From NCBI GenBank assembly GCA_963664825.1, contig OY761614.1:2272001-2336000 (forward strand): a stretch of DNA of 64,000 bases, in the 5' to 3' direction. Below the pieces are notes generated by a model. It saw nothing but the letters and a program-made list of their open reading frames with translations. It was not told the DNA's origin and made no database searches. Below, one piece after another: positions 29,677 to 38,072 of this stretch (positions within the stretch are counted from its first letter, which is position 1; every line of letters begins with the position of its first letter). The translations under genes and the position numbers were made by a program. The DNA is from an uncultured Holophaga sp. (GTDB lineage Bacteria > Acidobacteriota > Holophagae > Holophagales > Holophagaceae).

Positions 29677-30621
29677 ATGAGCCTGCTGCTCCCTCCGTCC
29701 ATCGATCGGCACGCCCACCTGGAAGGCAGTCTGGATCCCGCCTGGGTGCGGGAGCAGGCGGCTCGGGAGGGCAAGGCCCTACCTTCGACCCTGGAGGCCC
29801 TCTGGCGTGGCGAGACGATCCCCTTCGAGGGCTTCATCCCCGCGTTCTTCTTCTGCTGCGGCTTCCTGCGGGGCGCCGAAGCGGTCCGGGAGACCCTGCG
29901 GGCGGCCCTGCGCCGCCTGGCCCCCATGGAAGAGGGGTGCCCTCGGGGCATCGATCTCTGGGTGAGTCCCCACTTCCTCTGTGTCGCCGAGAAGCTCCTG
30001 ACCCTGGAGGAACTCTGGCGTGGCCTGGACGAGGGCATCGTCGAGGCCCGGGCCCAGGGCGTGAAGGTGGCGGTGATCATTGATGCGGTGAATCACTTCG
30101 GCATCCAGCACGGTCACGAGGTGCTCGATCTGGTGCTGGGGGACCGGCCCCCCTGGGTGGTCGGGTTCTCCACGGGGGGCGTCGAAGGGGTTCCCTTCCG
30201 CCAATGGGCGCCGGTCTTCGAGCGGGCCCGCAAGGCCGGGATGCGCCTGGCGGCCCATGCCGGCGAGAACGGCCCGGGTGAAAACGTGCGGGAGGCCATC
30301 CTGGAAGCCGGTGTCAGTCGCATCGTGCACGGCGTTCACGCCGCGGCTCATCCGGAAATCCTGGAGCTGCTCGCCGACCGGCAGATTCCCGTGGATGTCT
30401 GCCTCACCTCCAATCGGGCCCTGGTACCCAGCCTGGGCGCCCATCCCCTCCCTCAGATGCTGAGGGCGGGCGTCCGCTGCGCCCTCGGCACCGATGACCC
30501 CGGCGTCATGGCCTGCGATATCCCCGGCGAATGGAAGGCCGCCGACGGCCTGGGCCTGACCCTCGAGGAATTGGCCACTCTGCGGCGCAACGCCATCGAA
30601 GACGCCTGGTGCCTCCAGTAG
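29677..30621 (+). CDS. Adenosine deaminase-family amidohydrolase
   Basis: HAHLEGS, AHAGE, RIVHG, VCLTSN, GTDDPG metal-binding motifs. Confidence 0.85.
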   Translation: MSLLLPPSIDRHAHLEGSLDPAWVREQAAREGKALPSTLEALWRGETIPFEGFIPAFFFCCGFLRGAEAVRETLRAALRRLAPMEEGCPRGIDLWVSPHFLCVAEKLLTLEELWRGLDEGIVEARAQGVKVAVIIDAVNHFGIQHGHEVLDLVLGDRPPWVVGFSTGGVEGVPFRQWAPVFERARKAGMRLAAHAGENGPGENVREAILEAGVSRIVHGVHAAAHPEILELLADRQIPVDVCLTSNRALVPSLGAHPLPQMLRAGVRCALGTDDPGVMACDIPGEWKAADGLGLTLEELATLRRNAIEDAWCLQ

Positions 30622-30647
30622 GGCCATCCCCTCCGGCGCCCCTTCAT

Positions 30648-31021
30648 CCCGAATGAGGGCTCGAACCCAGGGGCAACCTCGACGGGGATTGGAGTTTCGT
30701 GTGTGGCCAAGGGACCCGCCTCTGCGAGCAAAGCGAGTGGGAGCAGCCCGCAGTGCGGGGTGCGATAGGCGGGACTCAGGTGGATAGAGCCATTTAAGGT
30801 CTGGCGCTCTATCCAGCCCGAATGAGGGCTCGAACCCAGGGGCAACCTCGACGGGGATTGGAGTTTCGTGTGTGGCCAAGGGACCCGCCTCTGCGAGCAA
30901 AGCGAGTGGGAGCAGCCCGCAGTGCGGGGTGCGATAGGCGGGACTCAGGTGGATAGAGCCATTTAAGGTCTGGCGCTCTATCCAGCCCGAATGAGGGCTC
31001 GAACCCAGGGGCAACCTCGAC
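30648..31021. repeat. 169-bp tandem direct repeat (two full copies plus a 36-nt partial) upstream of tRNA-Arg
   Basis: CCCGAATGAGGGCTCGAACCCAGGGGCAACCTCGAC begins at 30648, 30817 and 30986; the two full copies look identical. Confidence 0.92.
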
Positions 31022-31040
31022 TACAATCGAAGTTTCGTGT

Positions 31041-31117
31041 GCGCCCGTAGCTCAGCTGGATAGAGCATCAGGCTTCGAACCTGAGGGTCGGGCGTTCGAA
31101 TCGCTCCGGGCGCACCA
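31041..31117 (+). tRNA. tRNA-Arg (anticodon TCG)
   Basis: Acceptor GCGCCCG/CGGGCGC-ACCA, D-arm GCTCAGCTGGATAGAGC, anticodon arm TCAGG-CTTCGAA-CCTGA, T-loop GTTCGAATC. Confidence 0.95.
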
Positions 31118-31133
31118 CGAAATTGACAACCTG

Positions 31134-31218
31134 GCGAATGTGGCGGAACTGGTAGACGCACTGGATTTAGGTTCCAGCGGCTCACGCCGTGCGGGTTCGA
31201 GTCCCGCCATTCGCACCA
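31134..31218 (+). tRNA. tRNA-Leu (anticodon TAG)
   Basis: Acceptor GCGAATG/CATTCGC-ACCA, anticodon arm CTGGA-TTTAGGT-TCCAG, long variable arm, GGTTCGAGTCC; usual position upstream of tig. Confidence 0.95.
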
Positions 31219-31282
31219 TTTTGGACGACCAGACGTCCCCCTTCAGGACCAGAACTTTCACACATACGCCCCAGGAGCACCC

Positions 31283-32893
31283 ATGCAGGTCAATCTCACT
31301 CATCATTCCGCCACCCGCAAATCCCTGGAACTCGTGGTCCCCACCACCGAGGTCGATGCCGAGTTCGGCACGGTGCTCGCCAAGATCGCGCCCAAGGTGC
31401 GCATCCCCGGCTTCCGGCCCGGCAAGGCCCCCAAGGCTGTGATGCTGGGGCGCTATCAGCGCGAGATCTACGGCGAAGTGATCGAGAATCTGGTCCAGCG
31501 CCATTTCTGGAGCGCCGCCGCCGAGGCCGGCACCCAGCCCATCTCCCAGCCCTCCGTGGAGAAGGTGGAACTCAAGGAAGGCACCGAGGGACGGCTGCAC
31601 ATCCACTACGACGTGGCCCCGGAAGTGACCTTGCCCGAGTACAAGGGCGTCCAGCTCACCAAGAAGAAGCGGATCATCGACGAGGCCGCCATCGACGAAC
31701 ATCTGGAGGGCTTGCGTCAGCAGGCCGCCAAGTTCACCCCCGTGGAAGAGGCGGCCGCCGAGGGCCATTTCGCCACCTTCGATGTGAAGGTCAAGCCCCA
31801 GGGCATGAAGGCCCAGGAGTTCAAGGACCAGGTGGTGCAGATCGTCGCCGATCGCCCCTTCGACAAGGAACTGATTGGCCTCAAGGCCGATGACGTCAAG
31901 TCCTTCACCATCACCGTGCCTGCCGAGGATGCCAATAAGGCCATGGCCGGCAAGAGCGTCGTCTACGAGGTGACACTCAAGGATCTGCGCACCCGGGAGA
32001 TCCCCGAGGCCAATGACGAGTTCGCCAAGGATATGGGCGACTACAAGGATCTGGCGGCCCTGCGGGCATTCGTGAAGAAGGACCTGGAGGAGGCCGCCGA
32101 GCGCGATGCCCAGGCCCGCCTGCAGACCACCCTGCTCGATACCCTGCTCGACGCCGCCGCCTTCGAAGTGCCGGCCTCCATGGTGGCCCTCCAACTGGAC
32201 GACTACTGCAATGAATTCGCCCATCATGTCTCCCGCCAGGGCGTCGATCCCAAGAAGGTCAATTGGGGCGCCTATCGCCAGAGCCGCATGAACGAGGCCG
32301 AGCGCGCGGTCCGCAGCGGCTACCTCCTGCAGACCATCGGCAATACGGAAGACATTCAGGTGGCCGATGAGGAGATCGACGCCGAAATCCATCGGCTGAT
32401 GGAAGAGCATCAGGTCCAGCAGGCCTTCGAGCCCTTCAAGGCCGATCTCGAGAAGCGCGGCGCCACTACCGAACTCAAGGGCCGGGTCCGCACGGAGAAG
32501 ATCTTCGATAGGCTTTTGTCCACCGCCACCGTCACCGAGGAACTCCTGGACAAGGAGGCCTTCCTGGCCCTCTCCGAGCTGGAGCGCAAGCGTGAGGCGG
32601 GCCTGCCCGTGGCTCGTTTCGATGCCGGCGGCATGGAGGGAGGCGAGTTGGAGGATCAGGCCGGTGGCGATCCCGATGCCGTGAAGGCCGCCGAAGAAGA
32701 GGCGCTCGAAGCCCCCAAGGTCGTTGAAGCTGCCGAAGAGAAGCCCAAGAAGGCCGTCAAGGCGACGGAAGCTGTCCCAGAGAAGCCTAAGAAGGCCCCC
32801 AAGAAGGCCGAAGCCGCCGATGAAAAGCCGAAGAAGGCTCCCAAGAAAACGGCGACTGCCGAAGAGAAGCCCAAGAAGGCCCCCAAGAAGTAG
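31283..32893 (+). CDS. tig: Trigger factor with Lys/Ala/Glu-rich repetitive C-terminal tail
   Basis: IPGFRPGKAP ribosome-binding signature, NDEFAKD, FEVPASMV; downstream of tRNA-Leu. Confidence 0.93.
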   Translation: MQVNLTHHSATRKSLELVVPTTEVDAEFGTVLAKIAPKVRIPGFRPGKAPKAVMLGRYQREIYGEVIENLVQRHFWSAAAEAGTQPISQPSVEKVELKEGTEGRLHIHYDVAPEVTLPEYKGVQLTKKKRIIDEAAIDEHLEGLRQQAAKFTPVEEAAAEGHFATFDVKVKPQGMKAQEFKDQVVQIVADRPFDKELIGLKADDVKSFTITVPAEDANKAMAGKSVVYEVTLKDLRTREIPEANDEFAKDMGDYKDLAALRAFVKKDLEEAAERDAQARLQTTLLDTLLDAAAFEVPASMVALQLDDYCNEFAHHVSRQGVDPKKVNWGAYRQSRMNEAERAVRSGYLLQTIGNTEDIQVADEEIDAEIHRLMEEHQVQQAFEPFKADLEKRGATTELKGRVRTEKIFDRLLSTATVTEELLDKEAFLALSELERKREAGLPVARFDAGGMEGGELEDQAGGDPDAVKAAEEEALEAPKVVEAAEEKPKKAVKATEAVPEKPKKAPKKAEAADEKPKKAPKKTATAEEKPKKAPKK

Positions 32894-32906
32894 ACGTTTC
32901 GGAAAC

Positions 32907-32940
32907 ACGGGAAAGGCGCCTTCGGGCGCCTTTCCCGTTT
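32907..32940 (+). terminator. Intrinsic terminator hairpin after tig
   Basis: ACGGGAAAGGCGCC-TTCG-GGCGCCTTTCCCGT-TT, perfect 14-bp stem with cUUCGg loop; short U-tract. Confidence 0.75.
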
Positions 32941-32967
32941 CGGGCACACTGATGCAAGGGAGATTCC

Positions 32968-33501
32968 ATGGCAGAACGCGCCCGCATTGGCATTCTCACG
33001 GTCTCGGACCGGGCCTCGACCGGAGCCTACGAGGACCTGAGCGGACCCGCCATCCGGGAGACGCTTCAGGCTTTCCTGAATAGCGAATGGGAAGCGCGCC
33101 CTCGCCTGGTGCCCGATGAGGGGCCGCTCATCGAGGCCGCCCTCCGGGAACTCTGCGATGTGGAGCGTTGTTGCCTCGTGCTCACCACGGGGGGCACGGG
33201 TCCAGCGCCCCGGGACGTAACCCCCGAAGCCACGGAGGCCGTGTGCCAAAAACTGATGCCGGGCTTCGGCGAACAGATGCGGAGCGCCTCCCTTCGCTTC
33301 GTGCCCACCGCCATCCTGTCCCGTCAGACCGCCGGCATCCGCGGTTCGAGCCTCATCATCAACCTGCCCGGCAAGCCCAAGTCCATCCGGGAATGCCTGG
33401 AGGCGGTCTTCCCTGCGGTCCCATACTGTGTGGATCTCATCGGAGGTCCCCGCCTGGAGACCGATGAAACCGTGATCCGGGCCTTTCGGCCCCGTTCCTG
33501 A
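32968..33501 (+). CDS. mog: Molybdopterin adenylyltransferase
   Basis: TVSDRASTGAYEDLSGP, TTGGTGPAPRDVTPEAT, PTAILSRQTAG, INLPGKPKSI. Confidence 0.93.
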   Translation: MAERARIGILTVSDRASTGAYEDLSGPAIRETLQAFLNSEWEARPRLVPDEGPLIEAALRELCDVERCCLVLTTGGTGPAPRDVTPEATEAVCQKLMPGFGEQMRSASLRFVPTAILSRQTAGIRGSSLIINLPGKPKSIRECLEAVFPAVPYCVDLIGGPRLETDETVIRAFRPRS

Positions 33502-33518
33502 AACCCCAGGAGGTCCCG

Positions 33519-33941
33519 ATGCCCCAGACCTACGCCAACCACCATCGCTTCGATCCCTGGTACCACTTCGTGGCCTTTCCCCTGCTGCTCCTGGCCTTCC
33601 TGGGAGCCTGCCTCCATGTCTTTCGCCAGCATGGGGCCGATGTGTGGGAACTCTTCCTCACCTTCGGCGTTCTCGTGCTCTTCCTGCGGGTTCGCATCTA
33701 TTCCTTGCGGGTGCAGGACCGGGTCATCCGCCTGGAGGAGACCCTGCGCATGAGGGCCCTCCTGCCGGCTGAAGGGCAGGGGCGCCTCCGGGAGCTGACG
33801 CCCAGCCAGTTCGTGGCGCTGCGCTTCGCTTCCGACGCGGAACTGCCGGCCCTCGTCCAGGTCGCCCTGGACGAGCGGCTCAGCGGCGAGGCCATCAAGC
33901 GGCGCATCGGCGTCTGGCGGGAAGACACGTTCAGGGTCTGA
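33519..33941 (+). CDS. Small membrane protein (DUF6526-like)
   Basis: QTYANH...YHF, two TMs, VQDRVIRLEE, QFVALRFASDAEL; GGAGG RBS. Confidence 0.7.
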   Translation: MPQTYANHHRFDPWYHFVAFPLLLLAFLGACLHVFRQHGADVWELFLTFGVLVLFLRVRIYSLRVQDRVIRLEETLRMRALLPAEGQGRLRELTPSQFVALRFASDAELPALVQVALDERLSGEAIKRRIGVWREDTFRV

Positions 33942-33979
33942 TGGCTCGGTTTCCTGCATTCCGGATCGGGGAAACTGCC

Positions 33980-34068
33980 GAACCACAGAGGGCACAGAGA
34001 AAAGAACATGTTCCGCTTCTGTTTTCCTCTGCGCTCTCTCTTTTCTTCTCCGCGATCTCTGCGGTTCA
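33980..34068. repeat. Inverted-repeat element at the truncated 5' end of dsbD
   Basis: GAACCACAGAGGGCACAGAG ... CTCCGCGATCTCTGCGGTTC; the right half matches the reverse complement of 51938-51992. Confidence 0.7.
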
Positions 34069-35057
34069 GCTTCTTGTCGGTGCGGGTCCCCGTCACGGGC
34101 GAAGGGCTCTCCGGGGAGGTGACACTGGATGTCCAGTACCAGCCCTGCACGGAAGGGGAGGGGGGGAGCTGCTTCCCTCCCACCAACCGCACGCTCAAAG
34201 TGAAGGCCTCTGAGATTCCCGCCGCCACGGCGGCAGGAATCTCAGGAATAAAACCCGAAAAAAAGCCTGATTCCGCATCTTTGCAGGTGGATGCGCCTGC
34301 GCCGGAAGCATCGTCGGCGCCTGTGGCAGTTCCCACGGCCGAGGCGGCAAAGGCGCCCGTTCCAGAGGCTCCCCACCAGGGCCTCCTCCTGGCCCTGCTC
34401 CTGGTCTTCCTGGCGGGCATGGGCGCCAGCCTCACACCCTGCGTCTATCCCATGATCCCCATCACCATGGCCATCATCGGGGCCAAGGGCGGCGGCAAGG
34501 CCAAGGGCTTCGCGCTCTCGCTCATGCTGGTGCTGGGTATGGCCGTCACCTACACGACACTGGGTGTCGTGGCCGCCAAGAGCGGCGCGGCCTTCGGCGC
34601 CTTCGCCCTCCTGCTCCTGATCCTGATCCTGGGCCTGCTACTGGGCATCCGGGCCGTCGAGAACTTCCTGAACCTCCCGCTCCTGCCCCGGGGCGGCGCG
34701 ACAGTGGCTGTCGAAGCGGGTCCCAAGGCCTGGATGGAACAGGATCTGGAAGGGGCTCTTAAGAAGGCCAAGGCCGAGCACAAACTCGTGCTGGTGGACG
34801 TCTACGCGGAGTGGTGCGCCCAGTGCAAGGAGTTGGACGAGAAGACCTGGCCGGACGCGGAGGTGAAGGCCTGGATCGCCAAGAATGCCATCGCCATCCG
34901 CATCGATACCGATAAGCAGCGTCCCGATCTGGCCAAGAAGTTGGAAATCCGCAGCTACCCCAGCGTCATCCTGCTGGACGGGGAGGGCAGGGAAGTGGGC
35001 CGCAGCCTGGGATTCCAGAAACCCCAGAACATGCTGGTCTTCCTCGCCGCCCGCTGA
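34008..35057 (+). pseudogene. DsbD/CcdA-like thiol:disulfide interchange protein, 5'-truncated and internally deleted
   Basis: Retains the nDsbD Cys pair (QPCTEGEGGSCFPP), first TM Cys (SLTPCVYPMIPIT) and thioredoxin domain (WCAQC). Has only about 3 TMs, no second TM Cys and no signal peptide. Confidence 0.65.
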
Positions 35058-35102
35058 AACGGCCCATTTTCTCGCAACGTCTTCCACACTTCCGGAATCC
35101 CC

Positions 35103-36071
35103 ATGCCACCTGCCCATCACCGCCTCCTCATCATCGGCACCGGCCCCGCCGGGTACACAGCCGCCATCTACGCCAGCCGCGCGGGGCTTGCTCCCGTGAT
35201 CTTCGAGGGCATCCAGCCCGGCGGCCAGCTCACCATCACCACCGAGATCGAGAACTTCCCAGGATTCCGCCAGGGCATCCCCGGCCCCGAACTCATGGAT
35301 GAGATGCGCGAGCAGGCCCTGCGCTTCGGGGCCGATATTAAGGCCGAGACCGTGACCTCCGTAAATCTCAGCGCCAGGCCCTTCCGCGTTGGAACAGACC
35401 AGGGCGAATATACGGCGGACGCCGTGATCATCGCCACGGGGGCTTCGGCCAAGTGGCTGGGGATTGGCAAAGACCAGGAACTCAGCCGCAGCGGCGGCGG
35501 GGTCTCGGCCTGCGCCACCTGTGACGGGTTCTTCTTCAGAGGCAAGGAAATCGCCGTGGTGGGCGGGGGCGACACGGCCCTGGAAGAGGCCACCTACCTC
35601 ACGCGCTTCGCCAGCAAGGTGAACCTCATCCACCGCCGGGACGCCTTCCGCGCCTCCAAGGCCATGCAGGAGCGCACGCTGGCCAATCCCAAGGTGGCCA
35701 TGCACTGGAACAAGGTGGTGGCCGAGATCCTTACCCACCGGGTGACGACGCCCATGGGCGATGAGGTGGAGAAGATCCGGGCCCTGGTGCTGGAGGACAC
35801 CGTGGACGGCAGCCGTGCGGAACTGCCCCTGGACGGGCTTTTCGTGGCCATCGGCCATCAGCCCAACACGGAGCTCGTCAAGGGCCAGTTGCCCCTGGAT
35901 GCCGCGGGCTACCTGATGGTGGAGAAGGGCTCCACGCATACGGCCATTCCCGGCGTTTTCGCCGCGGGCGACGTGGCGGACCACACCTACCGCCAGGCCA
36001 TCACCGCCGCCGCCAGCGGCTGCATGGCCGCCGTCGATGCCGAACGCTGGCTGGCCGAAACCGAAGCCTGA
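35103..36071 (+). CDS. trxB: Thioredoxin-disulfide reductase
   Basis: IIGTGPAGYTAAIY, GGQL, GVSACATCDG, VVGGGDTALEEA, GVFAAGDV, YRQAITAA. Confidence 0.96.
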   Translation: MPPAHHRLLIIGTGPAGYTAAIYASRAGLAPVIFEGIQPGGQLTITTEIENFPGFRQGIPGPELMDEMREQALRFGADIKAETVTSVNLSARPFRVGTDQGEYTADAVIIATGASAKWLGIGKDQELSRSGGGVSACATCDGFFFRGKEIAVVGGGDTALEEATYLTRFASKVNLIHRRDAFRASKAMQERTLANPKVAMHWNKVVAEILTHRVTTPMGDEVEKIRALVLEDTVDGSRAELPLDGLFVAIGHQPNTELVKGQLPLDAAGYLMVEKGSTHTAIPGVFAAGDVADHTYRQAITAAASGCMAAVDAERWLAETEA

Positions 36072-36122
36072 ACAGGAACCCAACCCCTGCTTCGACCTCC
36101 GAAGCCCATTTTGCGAGCAGAC

Positions 36123-36441
36123 ATGTCCCACCTGAAAGTCCTCACAGCCGCCGAATTCCCCCTCGCCATCGCCACGGGATCAGTCCTGGTGGATTTCGGC
36201 GCACCCTTGGTGCGGCCCCTGCAAGGTCCTCGAACCCCTCCTTGTCGCCCTCGGCGATGAACTGGCGGGGAGGCTCTCCGTCCTGAAGGTGGATATCGAT
36301 GCCACCCCGGAGTTGGTAGGGGACCTGGGTGTCATGTCCGTGCCCACGCTGATGCTCTTCAAGGATGCCCAGAAGCTCGCCAGTCGCACGGGAGCCCAAT
36401 CCGCCAAGCAGCTCCTGGAATTCGTTCAGCCCGCCCTCTGA
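36123..36441 (+). pseudogene. trxA: Thioredoxin interrupted by a +1 frameshift (missed by the ORF track)
   Basis: MSHLKVLTAAEFPLAIATGSVLVDFGAP, one extra base at about 36207, then WCGPCKVLEP...KVDID...VMSVPTLMLFKD...VQPAL-stop; 105 aa if joined. Confidence 0.88.
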
Positions 36442-36553
36442 GCCACGGAAACCACATCCATTACCGCATCGTGGGCGATTGCATTGCGAAGCTCCTTTAT
36501 CATGGACTCTGTCTGAATGAGGAAATGCGGGAACGCGTGGAGGGCGTACATCA

Positions 36554-36820
36554 ATGAGGCGATGGGTCGCAACGGTTTTCCTGCTGCTGATCGCGTTTTA
36601 TGTCGGCGCATCGCACTGCGACCGCTGCTCTGAAACCCCAGGCGAGGAGGGGCAGGTCTGTCATCTCATGTGCAGTGATGGCTGCGCGACGGCACCGATC
36701 CCGATGGCCCCCACTCCTCCGCCTCCCGATCCCCTGCCCAAGGCCGTCTACGAAGAGACGGTGGATTGTCCCATCCTGAATCTCGACCTCGAACCGGAGA
36801 AGACGCCCCCTCGGTCCTGA
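36554..36820 (+). CDS. Small secreted Cys/His-rich putative metal-binding protein leading the czc-type operon
   Basis: Signal-like N-terminus, HCDRC and CHLMCSDGC motifs, Pro-rich tail ending PPR. Confidence 0.65.
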   Translation: MRRWVATVFLLLIAFYVGASHCDRCSETPGEEGQVCHLMCSDGCATAPIPMAPTPPPPDPLPKAVYEETVDCPILNLDLEPEKTPPRS

Positions 36821-36887
36821 CGTGACCGTCGGCCGAAGATCTGGCCCATGTCTGGGCCTGCCTTTTCCTATCAGATTCGAGGACCTC

Positions 36888-38072
36888 ATGAGACCCATGA
36901 TCTGCGGGGCTATGCCCTGCCTGTTGGCTATACAGGTAGCGGCTCAAACGCCCCTGACTTATCCCGATATTCAATCCAAAGCTCGCTCGACCCCAGAACA
37001 ATGGCGCACGGATGCATTGCTTGCGGAGCGGCACCTCCAGTTTCAGGAAAGCCGTGGCTTTCTGCGGGAAGGGCCCACCGTTTCCCTGTCGGCAGGACCG
37101 CGTCGGATTCCCGGAGCCCCTGGGACCACTGACAAGGGCTTCGATGTGGATCTGCCCCTCTTCCTCTCTCCTCGGGTGCGGGCAGAACTGGAATCCAGCC
37201 TTGGGAGAGCACACCCCTTGCTGAAGGAATCCGCCAGCCGAGAGAGCGCTCTTCGGTTGCGAACGGCCTACCTGGATGCTTGGCTGGCTGCACGAATGCT
37301 CGCACTTCGAGAAACGGATCTCGCGACCGTGGAGGAATGGCTCCAGGCGGCCAAGGCCCGCTTTGAAGCCGGGGCCGATCCGGCTTTCCAGGTTTCCCTG
37401 GTGGAAGGCGAGCGCCTCAAGGTGCAGCAAGACCTCGACGATGCTCGCAGTCAGGTTGCCCGCACCTGGGGGGCTCTCGTCGCGCTGGCCGACGTTGCAA
37501 CGACCCCCATTCCTCTCGCCGATCCCGGTGTGGTCCCATCGTTCCCCCAGGGGGATCTCCTCAAGCGCTTGCAGGAGGGCCCGCTCCGCAAGGCTTTGTT
37601 GGCCCAGGTGGAATTGGAGGAACGCAGCCTCCGCTTAAAGGAAGCCCAGTCTCTGAACCGCTGGAGCCTTCGGGGAAGCTATGCCCAGGAAGGCGAGGAG
37701 AAGGTCACTCGCTTCGGATTGGCCGTGCGCTTACCGCGTCCCGGTGAACGCGCGGCCATTCGCCGCAGCACCGAGACCCAGGTTCGTGCCCTCCAGGGTG
37801 AGGCCCGTCAGGCCTTGGCTGAACTGGATGCCCGTGCTCAGGGAGCCGTTTCGCGATTCCAAAAGGCCGATTCCGTTTCCATCGTTCCAGATTTCACCCA
37901 AGCCATTGCCGCTGTGGGCTTGCGTCTTCAGGAGGGGCGTGAACGCCCGTCTGAGGCTCTCCCCATCCGTCGCCAGCTCCTGGAGGCCCAGATGGCCTCG
38001 CTCCGGCGCCTCCACACCCAACACCTGCTTTCCGCCGATCTCCTGGCCCTGCTCCCTGAGGTGAACCGATGA
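36888..38072 (+). CDS. TolC/CzcC-family outer membrane efflux protein
   Basis: Signal peptide, helical OEP-like repeats (AAKARFEAG), first gene of a C-B-A arrangement. Confidence 0.75.
   Translation: MRPMICGAMPCLLAIQVAAQTPLTYPDIQSKARSTPEQWRTDALLAERHLQFQESRGFLREGPTVSLSAGPRRIPGAPGTTDKGFDVDLPLFLSPRVRAELESSLGRAHPLLKESASRESALRLRTAYLDAWLAARMLALRETDLATVEEWLQAAKARFEAGADPAFQVSLVEGERLKVQQDLDDARSQVARTWGALVALADVATTPIPLADPGVVPSFPQGDLLKRLQEGPLRKALLAQVELEERSLRLKEAQSLNRWSLRGSYAQEGEEKVTRFGLAVRLPRPGERAAIRRSTETQVRALQGEARQALAELDARAQGAVSRFQKADSVSIVPDFTQAIAAVGLRLQEGRERPSEALPIRRQLLEAQMASLRRLHTQHLLSADLLALLPEVNR

Noticed and set aside
30648..31021. Possible CRISPR array (36-nt sequence repeated three times)
   Set aside because: The intervening 133-nt segments are identical to each other and too long for spacers; no cas genes in the window.
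31123..31128. TTGACA between the two tRNAs as a promoter
   Set aside because: No matching -10 box at 16-18 nt spacing.
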